From contig NC_059426.1 in assembly GCF_021028975.2 (NCBI RefSeq), forward strand, positions 79,856,001-79,920,000: 64,000 bases of DNA, in the 5' to 3' direction. This document shows positions 51,349 through 63,607 of the stretch, one piece after another (within the stretch, counting starts at the first letter, position 1; each line of letters begins with the position of its first letter). The position numbers and the translations under genes were made by a program. Under the pieces are notes generated by a model. It made no database searches, had not been told where the DNA came from, and saw only the letters and a list, made by a program, of their open reading frames with translations. The stretch comes from Sphaerodactylus townsendi (taxonomy: Eukaryota).

Positions 51349-54300
51349 CGCCTGTCCCTTCAGCTTCATCGTGCAAGGCTCGGCTATGTGCTCGGATTAG
51401 AAGAAGACAGAATGGATTTCTATGTGGCGTCAACAAGAGCCACGGATTATACCCACTGTGCACATTGTATTGTTCATTTCTCATGGGCCCTTGCAGAGAA
51501 ATTAAATCCTTTCTGATGCCAAAGGTGCAAGTAGTGGAGGCAGCTTGGAGTAGAACAGGTACACTGCAGAGCAATTTTGCACAGTGGCACTTAGCATCAA
51601 ACAGTGGAGCCACGGTATTCAGCCCTAGCTGTACTTTATACAGGCAGACAGCACAACCCATATCACAGTAGCAGGGGGGTTTGGGGCTTTCCTCACTCTG
51701 AGCTATGGCTGGTATCATCAGCAATGTTCATTGCTGCAGAAATGTTTTAAAGTCAATGTGGTGCTGGAGGGGAAACAATGCTATTTCTTTCTCCGTAATT
51801 GTTTTTCTAGTAGCTAGCATGGACACTGGTGTTGAGATGAGTTAACTGCCCCAAGGTGTCAATAGAAGATATACTCTTTGGTGTTTCATTCATAAGGGAA
51901 TGTTCAAGGTTGATATGACCTTACTTGTAACATACTGGTCTGCAGGTGTGAGCATGCATGTGTTTTCCCCCACCACAGCAGCAATTGTATCTGCTTCATT
52001 CTAAAGTGCTTCTCCCAAAGCAATCTGAGGCCCATTATGCATGGAATGCTTCTCTACACAGGACTCTTCTCTATGCAGTGGACTTGTAGCAGGTTCTCCT
52101 CAGGGTTTTCTGTGTACATGTGAGGGGGAACTTCCTCCTGGGTGTGCAGTTTTTCTGCAGAGACCTCTCTGGGCCTGATTCTCATAACTTTGCCCACCAA
52201 CTTATTCTTAAAGGTACATATCTTAAAGGCACTTGTTATTTTTCTTAAAGGCACAGATTTCATTACACTGGATAGTCAAGATTGCTTAGATTTAGTTTTT
52301 AAACTAAATCAATATTTTAAACTTAATCAATATTATTGTTCCAAAAATAATCCCCCCTCCACAAATGAAAGAGCAAAGTAGTTCCCTGGACCACAGGCTG
52401 CTAAAGACTTTGAGCCAATATTTTCTGCCCCCACCCACACTCCCTGCTGTTGCTGCTGCTGCTGCCAGAGAACAGAGGGACTTGTTGTTTCCAAGCACTT
52501 GACTGATTATTATGTTGAGTTATCAATATACCATCACAGAGGATGAGAGCTTCTTTTCTTTCACTTGAAGGAGCCAGAAACATGGAAGGGGGGGTATGCA
52601 AGTGGGAACTTGTGAATGGCAGTGGGAAGGAGTGGAAAGGCTAGCTGTGGGCACAGAGAAGATGTCAAAAGCAAATCTGCCTGCTCTGGTGGCGAAGCAA
52701 AATTAAAATTGTGTTAGGAGTGGCCTTGCTTGCTGCAAAGAGAATGAAAAGTGAAAGCAGAGCTTGAAGAAATACATCAGTACAAGAAATCTTGCTGTGA
52801 TGAACATTTTCCCCTACCACTTAGCAAAAACGTAGATAATTGGCGTGGGAATTAGGATCAGTATATATTTCTTTTTAATTCCTGTCAGTTGAGACAGGGT
52901 CTTTTTGTATGTCTGCTCTAGATAAGAATCTCTCTGGTGTTGTGTGTTCTGTGAAAAACACCCTCAGATTTTGCGATTTAACAAAAAAAACAGTTTTTTT
53001 CTAAAATATTAGGTATTTTAAGTAGAAAGGAATGAGTTCCTTCAGTTCTGTTCCAGGTAGTATTTGTTTCCATAATCCAAGGATTTCATTTTGCTGAATA
53101 TTTTTGAATCCATAGATTGGGTTTTGGTCAGAAGAGCAGCCTGTTGAAGAAGGACCAAGATCTGACTGAATCCAAGATTTCACTGATCATCCTGTGTTCC
53201 AAACCCTGTACTGCTGCAACCCACATCTTTGTTTAGAATAGAAGGGCAGCATAGTAGTAAATTATTCAATCTGCCACCTTATCGGCAAGGGAAATGGTGA
53301 GCCCTGTATGAACAGAACATAAATAGAACTCTGAGTAGTGTAAATACTCATATTTATTGTATATTATGGTAATGAGTATTCTGCAGATTATAGCTTCAGT
53401 TTAACAACAGTGATTTAAAAGGGGAACAGCCATTGCTCTGTAGTAGGCACTAATGCCTTGCTTGAAACATCCTTATAGAGTTGGTCCTTGGCACCCTCTG
53501 CATGCACCCCCGCCCCAATACACAAGTTGCATTGAAATGAATAGGATCCACACAAAAGCAGAGTTGAACAATGGGGGACTTTCATTTCAGTGAGGCTTGT
53601 CAAAAGTAGTTTTTACTGGACTGCTACACCATTTTCTACTTGATATGCAAGATCTGGTTATGGCTATGATTATGCGCCTTAATCATTGGCTGTCATTTTT
53701 TCTCTACTTTCCTCCAGTGTTATTTATTTCCTTATTTATTTCATTTATGTCCTTCCTTTCTCCCCAATGGGGTCCAAGCAGCTTATATTGTCTTCCTTTC
53801 CTCCATTTTATCCTCACAACAACCCTGTTGGGTTGTCAGATACTGGCAAAGCCAAGGCCACCCAGCAAGTTTCTATGCCACTGGCATCAGTTTGGGTACA
53901 GTTCTTCTGCACGTCTGTCCCCCCCACCCCTGTGCATTTTTGCAGTTGTGAAGTCAGTTAATTTTCTTCTTCAAGTGGCTTAAATAATGAGGATTTGCAA
54001 AGGAGGAATGCTGACATCATCAATGTTGTCATTAGTGTCAGAGCAGCCCCGCCCCGCCCCACCCCAACACACACACACGCACACAGACACACTTTTTAAA
54101 AAATGGTCCTAAAATAATGATATAATGCTGTGGTGATACAACAATGTTGTAGGCAGGTTCTTTGAATTCCCAGCTTTCTTTCTTCTTCTTTTTAAAGTAA
54201 GTCTCTACCCTTTCTCTTGCAAAGATTTGCCTTTTCCCTTATAGCTCCAGAAGGGAAACAACTGAAGACTTACTTAAAAAAAAAACCTGTGTGTGGGGTG

Positions 54301-54352
54301 GTGGTGGTGGTGGTGGTGGTGATTTCATGATGTCAGCAGTCCATTCCTTGTG

Positions 54353-54459
54353 TGGTATTGTAACCAAATATGGTATAAGTTTTTGTTACATATCTGTGTA
54401 AATCACCTCTTCTTTTTAACATTCCAATAAATTTTATTAAAAACCAAAAAAAAAAAAAC
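54353..54459 (+). mobile_element. Very short poly(A) retroposed insert (L1-type TPRT)
   Basis: AATAAA + A-tail; exact 16-bp TSD cagtccattccttgtg (54337-54352, 54460-54475). Confidence 0.9.
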
Positions 54460-54668
54460 CAGTCCATTCCTTGTGAGAGGTAGGTGGCAAAAAGAAAATG
54501 GATAGAAACATTTTGTGCTAGGAAAAAGCTGACTCAATGATTCCAGAAAAGCATTGGCGTAAAAGTGGTCTTGAAACAGTTGGGGAAAGTGGGGAGAAGG
54601 AAGTGAAAATTAAAGCCACAAAAATTCATGGGGAAATTAGGGAATAAACTGAAGCAGTGTGGGAATAA

Positions 54669-54843
54669 TGTATTGTCGAAGGCTTTCATGGCCGGAATCA
54701 TTAGGATGTTGTGGGCTGTGTTCCAGTAATATTTTCTCCTGATGTTTCATCTGCATCTGCCAGCCACAGATACAGGCGAAACGTCAGGAGAAAATACTAC
54801 TGGACCATGGCCATACAACCCGGAAAACCCACAACATCCTAGT
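54669..54843. mobile_element. Penelope-like inverted pLTR remnant with the 3' half of a hammerhead
   Basis: tgtattgtcgaaggctttcatggccggaatc end; ttttctcctgatgtttc pairs with gaaacgtcaggagaaaa. Confidence 0.85.
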
Positions 54844-55477
54844 ATGGAAATAAACTGAACCAGAACAAATTTAAAGCCCATTTTTAACCTATCCCAGGAA
54901 ATGAAAAAAAGTTGTTGTTTTCTGATTCCTTTATGTTTCCAGTGAAGTCCTAGAGAGGGCAAGGCATTTCTAAAATATAATCCAGGCAGTATCAGAGAGA
55001 AGAAGAACTCTAACACTATCATAATTGTAGCAGACTGCCGCATTAATTAAGCTGTGGTAATTTCCCTTTTGTGTTCTTTAAAAAACCACCTGCATTTAGA
55101 AGCCATGCGTTCAGTCTGTTGGGTGGCTGATCAGAGACCATGCTGATCAAGCTCCAGATTATGCTACTTTTACTCTAACATTAATTAAAATACTGGCCTT
55201 CTCAGCTACCACAGGGACAGAGTCAGAGAAAATCAGAATGTACCTACCCTCAAAACAACCATCTAGATTTTCATGTGAGGACTTTTAGAGGGGAAAAAAA
55301 CAACTTGGTTGCAAAGCAGATTTAAGAAAGACTGGACAAAAACTGGGGAAACCATGCATAAACTATAATGCTGTGAACCAGTAGGAAGAAAGTCTGTTCC
55401 CTAGTAGCACTGATCCCAGGGTAAATAACATGTATGGAAATAGTCTGACAAGTAGTTTCCTATTGATCATACACTTA

Positions 55478-55995
55478 GGACCCTTCCGCACAGAGGCGGA
55501 AGGGGTTGGGTCGGCGTAACCCGCACCGACCCGATGACACTGGGACCGTCCGCATGAACGGTCCTGGAACCAGCTGGGATGACGGCGCAGAGGTGCGCCA
55601 TCGTCCGGGCGACTTACCAGTCCCGCGGCCCTCCAGCACGTCGCCGAGGCCAGGGGACACGCCCCCCCTGCCCTGCGCAGCCGCTCCAGGGTCGCAGGGC
55701 AAAGGAGGCGTGTCCCCAGGCCCCGGCGACGCACCGGAGGGCCACGGGACTGGTAAGTCGCCCGGTGGTGGTGGTGGGGGGGAAGGCGCTTGGAAGTCGC
55801 TGCCGTTTGCACGGCAGCGGCTCCAAGCCGGCGTTCCCAAAAAACCACGCTGGGGAAGCGTGGTTTCGGAACACCGGCTTTGCGCGGGTCGGGCGGCGCG
55901 ACTGCGCTGCAGCTGCGCCCCCTGTCGAATGGTGGCCTGGGGACGGTGTTTTTGCTGTCCCCAGGCCGCCATATTCCGCCCGTGCGGAAAGGGCC
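55478..55995. mobile_element. Young PIF/Harbinger MITE
   Basis: TIRs ggacccttccgcac / gtgcggaaagggcc; TTA TSD (55475-77, 55996-98); CpGs intact; central ~160-bp palindrome. Confidence 0.93.
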
Positions 55996-56089
55996 TTAGT
56001 GACAAATTTAGGTTTGTCTTGATGTAATGTACGAAAAGGACCTCAAGGTAGTTCCAAAAATAGCTTCTGATATAGCATATGTATATACA

Positions 56090-56265
56090 TAGTGCCATTA
56101 AGTTCCAGCCAATTTATGGTGACCCCAATAAGGGACTTTCAGAGATGCAGCAATGGTTTGCTATTGCCTTCCTCTGTAGAGTCTTCTTTGGAGATCTCCC
56201 ATTGAAGTACTGACCCTGCTTAGCTTTCAAGATCTAATGAGATCGGGCTGTATCATGCTGCCTCC
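56090..56265 (-). mobile_element. 5S rRNA-derived SINE (5S-Sauria-like)
   Basis: Minus strand reads gcccgatctcattagatcttgaaagctaagcagggtcagtacttcaatgggagatc (5S internal region with a deletion), then a Sauria-like tail. Confidence 0.8.
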
Positions 56266-56740
56266 ACTAATATGACACAATGGTCTACTATTCAGCAGAA
56301 AAGTTTTTGTTAGATGAATCCTAGCTATATTATATTATTTCCTTTAATCTTACTATCACGGGTTCGCCTGATCAGTTCTTCCTGTATTTTCTTCTATACT
56401 AAGAGCTACAAAAGCAAGCCTCAAGCAAAGCTTGGCTTATCATTATAGTATTCCCTGCAAGTCAACAAACACAGATTGTGCTAAATCAAATATATCCATC
56501 CTCCAATGAATTATTGTGGGCCATGTTCTATCTGTATTCACTCACATAAAATATATGTATAGTTATCTTCAGTAAACAGAGAAGTAGCAAAATGGATCTT
56601 CAAGAGGTAGGTATAATGTAAGGGTGTTATATTCTGCTCTATAGGAAGGATTCCTGTCAGATGTTTTAGGAACCTTCCTAATAATTAGCTTGATTTTCTT
56701 TGCTGCCACCAAAATATATTTTACTATAGCCCACACAAAC

Positions 56741-57570
56741 TGATGAAACGGTCACCACTCTTTTTGGGAACACAGACACAGACAAAAATAGAGACTGGAA
56801 CGGATTTAACTGGACAAAAACTTAAAACGTTTATTTCTGGCTTAAAAGAGGCTTCTCAGGTAACTTGAGAGGATTTACGCTTGTTGGTTTCAGAATTTAA
56901 TGATTTCAGAGCTTAGCGGTTGCAGAGATGTTAATGGCACTTCACTTAAGTTTTAAAACGTTACTAGACACTCGCAGGTGTCTCTTTAGTAAGATTTTTC
57001 TTCAGAAAAAGATGTTTCAGAAAAGATGTTTCTTTAGAGGTTTTACACTCTCTGTTGACAGACTCTAGTCCACTGTACCTAACCACTAAACAAAACACTC
57101 AGTCTACGCCCGGTGGGATTCTGGCATAACAGCCTCCCTCTCCCACAATCCCAAATTTGGCCTCTCTGCCACAGGACTGGGCCTCCCAAGACTGGTGTTA
57201 ACTGTGGAGGACAGACTTTTAGACTTGTCAGAGGTTTTCCCTCAAAACACCTGAGTGGCAGTCACTCTCCTCCAGACTCAGGGTTTCAGATGTCTTAATA
57301 GCTTCCTCAGCTATTAACAAACAACAGCAGTGAGAGATCTTGGTGGAATCTCCTCACTCTGCCACAAAACATACCCGAAGGCACAAAAGCTCACAGACAG
57401 AGCCAAAAAGCCAAAAAGACCAAAAGAACCAAAGAACCCCTCAGCACTCTCACTGACTCTATTTATAGTACCTGCATTTTTTTCTCTGGCCAATCAGGGC
57501 TGGCCAGGGCTTAACTCTTTCAGGGCAGACTCCACCCTGTAAACTGAATGCAGGATAAGTGCATTCATCA
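56741..57570 (-). mobile_element. Solo LTR
   Basis: tgatgaa...ttcatca 7-bp inverted ends; on minus strand ATTGG (~57490), TATAAATA (~57467), AATAAA (~56835) in U3-R-U5 order; TSD not evident. Confidence 0.75.
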
Positions 57571-58104
57571 CAGCAGGCAAGGTAATAGGACAGAGTGAGT
57601 CTATTCACTTTTTCACTATTGCTTATAATGCAGGCTAATCCACAAGCCAGTTGAACCAAATTATTCAGTTTTAACTCGATAAAAAATATTTTTTATGCCT
57701 CTGAGGTAAACCATAGAGTTTCTGGTCATTCCTAGAGGGTTATCCCTGGAAGTGATGTAAAACTGTTGTGCTGATGACACACTAATACACACAACGTTGC
57801 CCCCCCCCCACCATTTTTTGCCAGTTGCTAGCTGCTGGCTGGAAACCCTATGTTCCAACCTATGTCAGAGCTGACATTCCTAAGTTTGTCCTAGTTTAGT
57901 TCCTGATCTCTCACATCACATTGGAATACATCAAGTTTAGTTCCAGTAAATATGCTCAAAATTCATTCATACTAATTTCAATAAAGCCAAACCTGTGGTA
58001 GTTATTTGCTGTTAATCCAAATAACCTTTTTCTTTTTCTGAATTTTTGGAGTATGTTTTGGCCTGTTGCATATCTTTCATTTAAAATTTTGAAGTGTCTC
58101 TAAG

Positions 58105-58450
58105 GTTTACCAAGCTAATGTAACTGACCAACTGTAGACCTGGGAGCTTTCATGGCAGACAGGGAATTTGAAGCTCGGTTTTCTAGATCCTAGTCTGAAA
58201 CTTTTAACAATACTGCACTGGCTTGCATGTGGTAGTTGCTGTTGAATAGTATTATTCATATATACACTGTCTTTCTTCCCTAATTGGGACATAAAGTGGC
58301 TTACATCATTTTCCTTTTCTCCATTTTATCTTCACAACAACTATGTAAGGTAGGTTAGACTGAGAGACTACGACTGGTGCAAGGTTCCCCAGTGCGTTTC
58401 CATAGCACAACTGGGGAGTATGACACTCCTAAGACTATATCACACTGGTC
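58105..58450 (-). mobile_element. Two decayed MIR-core SINE fragments
   Basis: ccattttatcttcacaacaactatgtaaggtagg core; tRNA-like head on minus strand; similar fragment at 53735-53880. Confidence 0.55.
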
Positions 58451-58610
58451 TTTGTGAAAGTTGCATAGTAACAGATCACCTGCTGGTTACTGCTGGCCCT
58501 GGTCCCAAGAATCTTGTCTGAAAGTGAAAAGGATTCTGAAAAGGATTCTGGCCCCTCTCCCATCTTTTACTTACATAAACCAAGGTTGAAAGGCCAGAAA
58601 TACTATTGTG

Positions 58611-58632
58611 GTTGCCTAGCAACAGCCAATAA
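58611..58632 (+). promoter_or_regulatory. RFX X-box followed by CCAAT box
   Basis: gttgcctagcaac-ag-ccaat. Confidence 0.45.
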
Positions 58633-59159
58633 GGGCAATAATTTCTTGAAGCTACAGATGCTGCTTCTGTTGGAAAGAGGTAAACTCCTCCAATTTTATG
58701 TTTTTTACATCTCACATTTTTCTACAAACCTGTTGGTTCATGGCTTTAGTCTCCAGATTTGAGTATCTACAGTTACGGCCACATTGAGAATTTGATATAT
58801 CAATGATTGGGTTACATAGATTGGCTACCTGATATAAATCTGTGGTCCAGAAAAAAAAGTACTGAACATTTGCAGCAAACTAATATTTTCCTATAACGAG
58901 ATTACTGAGTCATAGCAACTCTTTAAAGTCTGAGGGACTGGCAGTCCTTCAGATCTCTTTTATCAGAGATCTTTTTACTAGCAATATCAGGGAGTGAATA
59001 TGAGACCTTCTGGTTGTCACTGTAATAGTGCCACTCTCTTTAAAGTAGCTCATCCTGTCAAACTTGGCTGCTTGCAGTAAGTAATGAAATCATAACTCTT
59101 TGTGCTTGAGAAGTCTCACATCTTTGTCTTGGAATCCTATGCCAGCTTTTTCTTCCACA

Positions 59160-59645
59160 TAAGTTATTTTATTTATTTATAGCCCACCTTGCTGAGACAC
59201 AAAGTAGATTACAAAATATTTTTTTAAAAAAAATTGATCACACAGCATGAGACATCCAATAAACAATGCAGTAAGATTAGAGTTATACAGGTGGAAAATA
59301 AGGCAAAAGCAAGCTGATGTGTACAAGCGATCTCCTGCCCTGCCTTGTTCCACTCTCCTTTGCTTCTGAACCCATTATAAAAATCCCCTCCTGAACATAT
59401 CTGGTTTGCACATTCTGTGAAATGATAGAATTGAAGGGGCTTTCCTGGCCTTCTCAGGCAGGGATTCCACAAGGTGGGATCCACCTCAGAGAATGTGCGT
59501 AAATGTGTAATTGCCAATTTGATTTGTAGGCTGGCACCTTTAGAAGACTTTGTTCAAGTGAGCAAAGCTATTGGGTAGAGCATAGCAGCAGAGGAGGTCC
59601 TGCAAGTATGTGGTCTAAGGGCATTAAGAACTTTATTGCAGCCTT
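59160..59645 (-). mobile_element. Old L2-type LINE 3' end
   Basis: (ttta)n tail, tagcccacctt...tagattaca, caggcagggattccacaaggtggg. Confidence 0.6.
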
Positions 59646-60207
59646 GAAAATAAGGCCATGGAAGTTACTGTCCTACTTTTATTTCCTTAAACACCCATCT
59701 TACGTATTTGTGGCGTAAGGGAGAGACCAAACTTCTGCACAATTTCCATGCCAGATGATTTGGAGGTGTCCTGAACTTATTATGGCTGACAGGACAAGAA
59801 GCTATATATAATTCTGGCTGATTGAGCAGCACCTTTCCCATAAAGTACTTCAGTCCCTGTTTTTCTATAAAGGAATGTATTTAATGAATAGAAAGGTTAT
59901 CTCATTAAAACAACTAATTTACATTATTTTACATTACATTGTTTATGTGCCAGTATTTTCTGAATACATGGAAAGAAAATATCCAAGCAAGGTCCTCAAA
60001 TGGTTGCCCAGAAATTCTTCTGCTGCCTTTCACCTGCCTGTCATCTGCTACCCATTGAACTAAATTCTGCAAAACATCCCCATGGATAACTGGTACAAGA
60101 ACCTGACTGGCTTATTGTGCAATTCTAAATATTTACACCCTTCTAAGCCCAATGACTTCAATGTATTTAGGGGGTGTAACTTTGTTTAGAATTGGTGTGT
60201 TTAGTGG

Positions 60208-60644
60208 TTATTGCCCAATCAGGTCCTTCCACTCCTCGGAGGAGAACCTCCTGGTTATCCCAGGCCTGAAAAATATCTGGCTAGCCTCGACAGGGACAGG
60301 GCCTATTCTGTCCTGGCCTCTACCTGGTGGAATATGCTCCTGAGTGAGATCAGGGCCCTGCAGGACTTGAGTTGTTTCCGCAGGGCCTGCAAGATGGAAC
60401 TATTCCACTGGGCTTTTTCTGGAGGCTAGCCGAGCTAAAACTTACTTTTACTGGCCTCTCGGGGACTTTTAGGGTTTTTAAGTCACCATCTTGGTTATTT
60501 TAAGCTGTTTATATTATACTGGTTGTTTTATGGTATTTTAGGATATTTATTGTTGTTTTTATTAAGTGTTGTTTTATGATGTTGTATTGCCGCCCTGAGC
60601 CCCTCAAGGATGGACGGTGTAAAAATTCAAAAATAAATAAATAA
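60208..60644 (+). mobile_element. L2-type LINE 3' end
   Basis: RAYSVLASTWWNML...FRRACKMELF (L2 ORF2 C-terminus), gccgccctgagccc, (aaat)n tail. Confidence 0.85.
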
Positions 60645-60947
60645 AGAAGGAAGAGAAGAAGAGTTGGATTTATATTCCCCCCTCTTTCCTGTAAGGAGAC
60701 TCAAAGGGTCTTACAATCTCATTTCCCTTCCCCCACCCCACAACAAACAGCCTGTGAGGTGGGTGGGGCTGAGAGAGCTTGGAAGAACTGTGACTAGCCC
60801 AAAGTCACCCACCTGGCATGTGTTGGAGTGCACAGGCTAATCTAATTTTCTGGATAAGCCTCCACAGCTCAAGTGGCACAGCAGGGAATCAAACCCGGTT
60901 CTCCATATTAGAGTGCACCTGCTCTTAGCCACAACACCACCACTGCT
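60645..60947 (-). mobile_element. Squam3-like SINE
   Basis: Same family as 16098-16403; tail-to-tail with the L2. Confidence 0.9.
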
Positions 60948-62451
60948 TTTAAAAATAAAAAAGCATGAAGCATGGGCTAGTTGGCCACTGCTTAAATGTA
61001 AATACAATCATGAATTCACTTGGTATTAGACCAAACTGCTGCTCTTCTATCTAATTTTCAATATAGGAATAAACTATACACAGTGCCTTTACATGTTTGT
61101 TGTAAAGATTATTGAACTAATTATGTTAGTGGTATATAAATACTATGATGATTATTAGATGGGATCTGCTGAAATATCTGATGTTCATAGAAAGAGCTGC
61201 TACTGTTCCTAGGCATACAGTCAGTCAAACAGATGGAAGAGTACAAACAGTTCTCAGAGAGCAGGAAATATGGACTTATGCCTACAATTTGATTCAAGTG
61301 CCAGATAAATGGTGAGAAATAAGCCATAAAGGGAAACCTAGTGTGACAGATTTTTAGATTATCTATGGACCAAAAATACACTGGATTTCCATACTTATTT
61401 GTTTCAGACCAAGACAGCAAGTCTGTTCTGATATGCATAGACCTACTGTGGCTGTTCCATGCTGAAATTGCAGAATTAATAAATAATGTTGAAAGGAATT
61501 AGACCAGTTTCTTCTCACAGGAAAACCTGCTCCTCGTTTGAATCCTCCTTGTACATCACTAGGATCAAGAATCAGATCCTTCAAGGGAAAAACAAATCTT
61601 ACTGATAAAAAATAAGATGACAGTCATTTCCAAATTAATGTGGAATAGTTGTTTATTTCCAAGTAAACTTCCACAGGCTTTGAGCTGTAGATATGGTAAC
61701 TATGCTTAGACTTGAATCTGAGCTCATAAAAGATATATGAGCAATCCTATGCAGGGCTACTCAGAAACAAGTCCCATTTTTTTCAAGAGGGCTTACTCAT
61801 AGGAAAGCTATAGTTACAGGGCAAAAAAACCCCAATTGGAGAATTGTCAAAAACAGGCCGAGTACATTTCTTTCTTCTTGTTAACTCCCGCTCTTTTGGA
61901 CTCACTATACAGGTGATTTCATTAGTTGGTTTGTTGTTGCTAACTCTGTTCTAAGCAATGGTCCTTGGAATCCATAGAAGCTGTGTAAAATTCCCACTGA
62001 TTTCAAATGGCTTTGGGAAAGAGAGTTCCTAATTTAATTGTCTTTATTGCTTCTCAGGCACTACCATAGACTGCATGTTCCTTTTCTTTCTTTTTTCCTT
62101 TCAGAATACTGGACTAGCAAGCCATCACCATTAATCATGTTGTTTCATCATCTGGATACTACTTTATTTCTAGAGATTTGCATAGCCAATAAGCCTACTG
62201 ATCTTTAGCTGAAAATTCTTTACAAGATTTCATGTGGGGTTTTTATTTTTTTGGTTGGGATGTTTTTAAAGACCTCGCTTTCCAGCCAACTTACTTGCTT
62301 CCATAGTTTACATTCAAACTGGATGCTTAATTTGGGGTCAAGAAGGCAACAGATCTGTAAAGGATTTAAAAATAGATACTAAAGGCATCATATAGAAAAA
62401 TGAAGAATAGTGTGTGCAAAATGTGTATGGCATGCTCACACAGACACTAAA

Positions 62452-62695
62452 TCTTTTTTTTGTTTTTAACATAAATATTATTGCAAAGCTTGCATACATG
62501 TGTATCATTCAATTTTACATCAGCTTAAACACCAACAATAGTTTTTAAGGTTCAAGAAATTAAAATACAGGCTCAATCATTTATTCTTATCCATATAGTT
62601 TTTATACACTCTAATTATAAAGCATTAGTTTATATGACTGTCCAGGACCTCAGTTAGTATAATCTAAATAAATCTTTCCATCTTCTTTCATACTC
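62452..62695 (-). mobile_element. Possible L1-type 3' end
   Basis: T-run on plus strand (A-tail on minus), AT-rich UTR-like body. Confidence 0.35.
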
Positions 62696-63607
62696 TGTGG
62701 GGGGGATACTGTGTACCAAGGATGTTAGCTTTGCAACACTAAATCCTTAGGCACAATCCATCCGTGCAGTTGTGTGAAGCTGTAGATTTATGTTGCTTTG
62801 TTAGTATCGCCACACACACTAATGGTGTCTGTGTTTCTGTGATGTGTAACCTAAATTCAGGAAGCATAGGGAAGAAGCAGCTGTGATAGCATGTTGCTAT
62901 TGAATTTTCTAATAGAACACAAAGATTTCTATCTCTCCGCATACACATATGGGGAAAGTGGTGCAGACAGGACTGTGGGATTGCTTACAATCTAGAGAAA
63001 TCACAAAGCAGATGGATATTGAGCAGATAAGCGTTAATCTGCCCTGGGAGAGGATTAATCAGGTGAAAGATGGATGTGTGTGTGTGCAGTATGTTGGATG
63101 GGGGATGGAGATGGTGGGCAGCTGGTTTTCTTGTCATCTCTTCAGGTCCTAATTTTATAGTCATTGCTCTGCATTGTGATGTGTGAAGGTCTACCAACTG
63201 TTTAGTCTTCTAATCTCCATTGACTATCAAATGCCCACAAAAAGGCAATGTATGGACTCTTTTGCTCGTATTGTTTATCTGTTTGCAAACTGTATAAGGA
63301 AACTCTGTATTCTGTGAAGCAAACACACAATTTATGTTTTTTCCCTTTGCCTGTAGACAGTTATTCTTTGGTTTGCAGCTCTGCTGTTTTGACTGCCAAC
63401 CAAATATAGCTGTTGCTCAGTCATGTTACTCAGCACATCTAAACAACTTTTTATCTGAGCCTCAACATTTGATGATATTAGCTAAGTAATTAATCCTTTC
63501 ATCATCCTCAAAATTCTGCTCAGTGAAATAGAAGTCTGCTTTCTAAACAGAAAGTCCAATCCGGAGCAAGTTAGGTTCATCCGAGTGTTACTGTCCTTAG
63601 TGGGGTT

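Noticed and set aside
55363-56098. Longest ORFs in the track (161-207 aa)
   Set aside because: They lie over a palindromic GC-rich MITE; no transposase motifs
56195-56250. 5S rRNA gene
   Set aside because: Deleted and diverged, attached to a SINE tail
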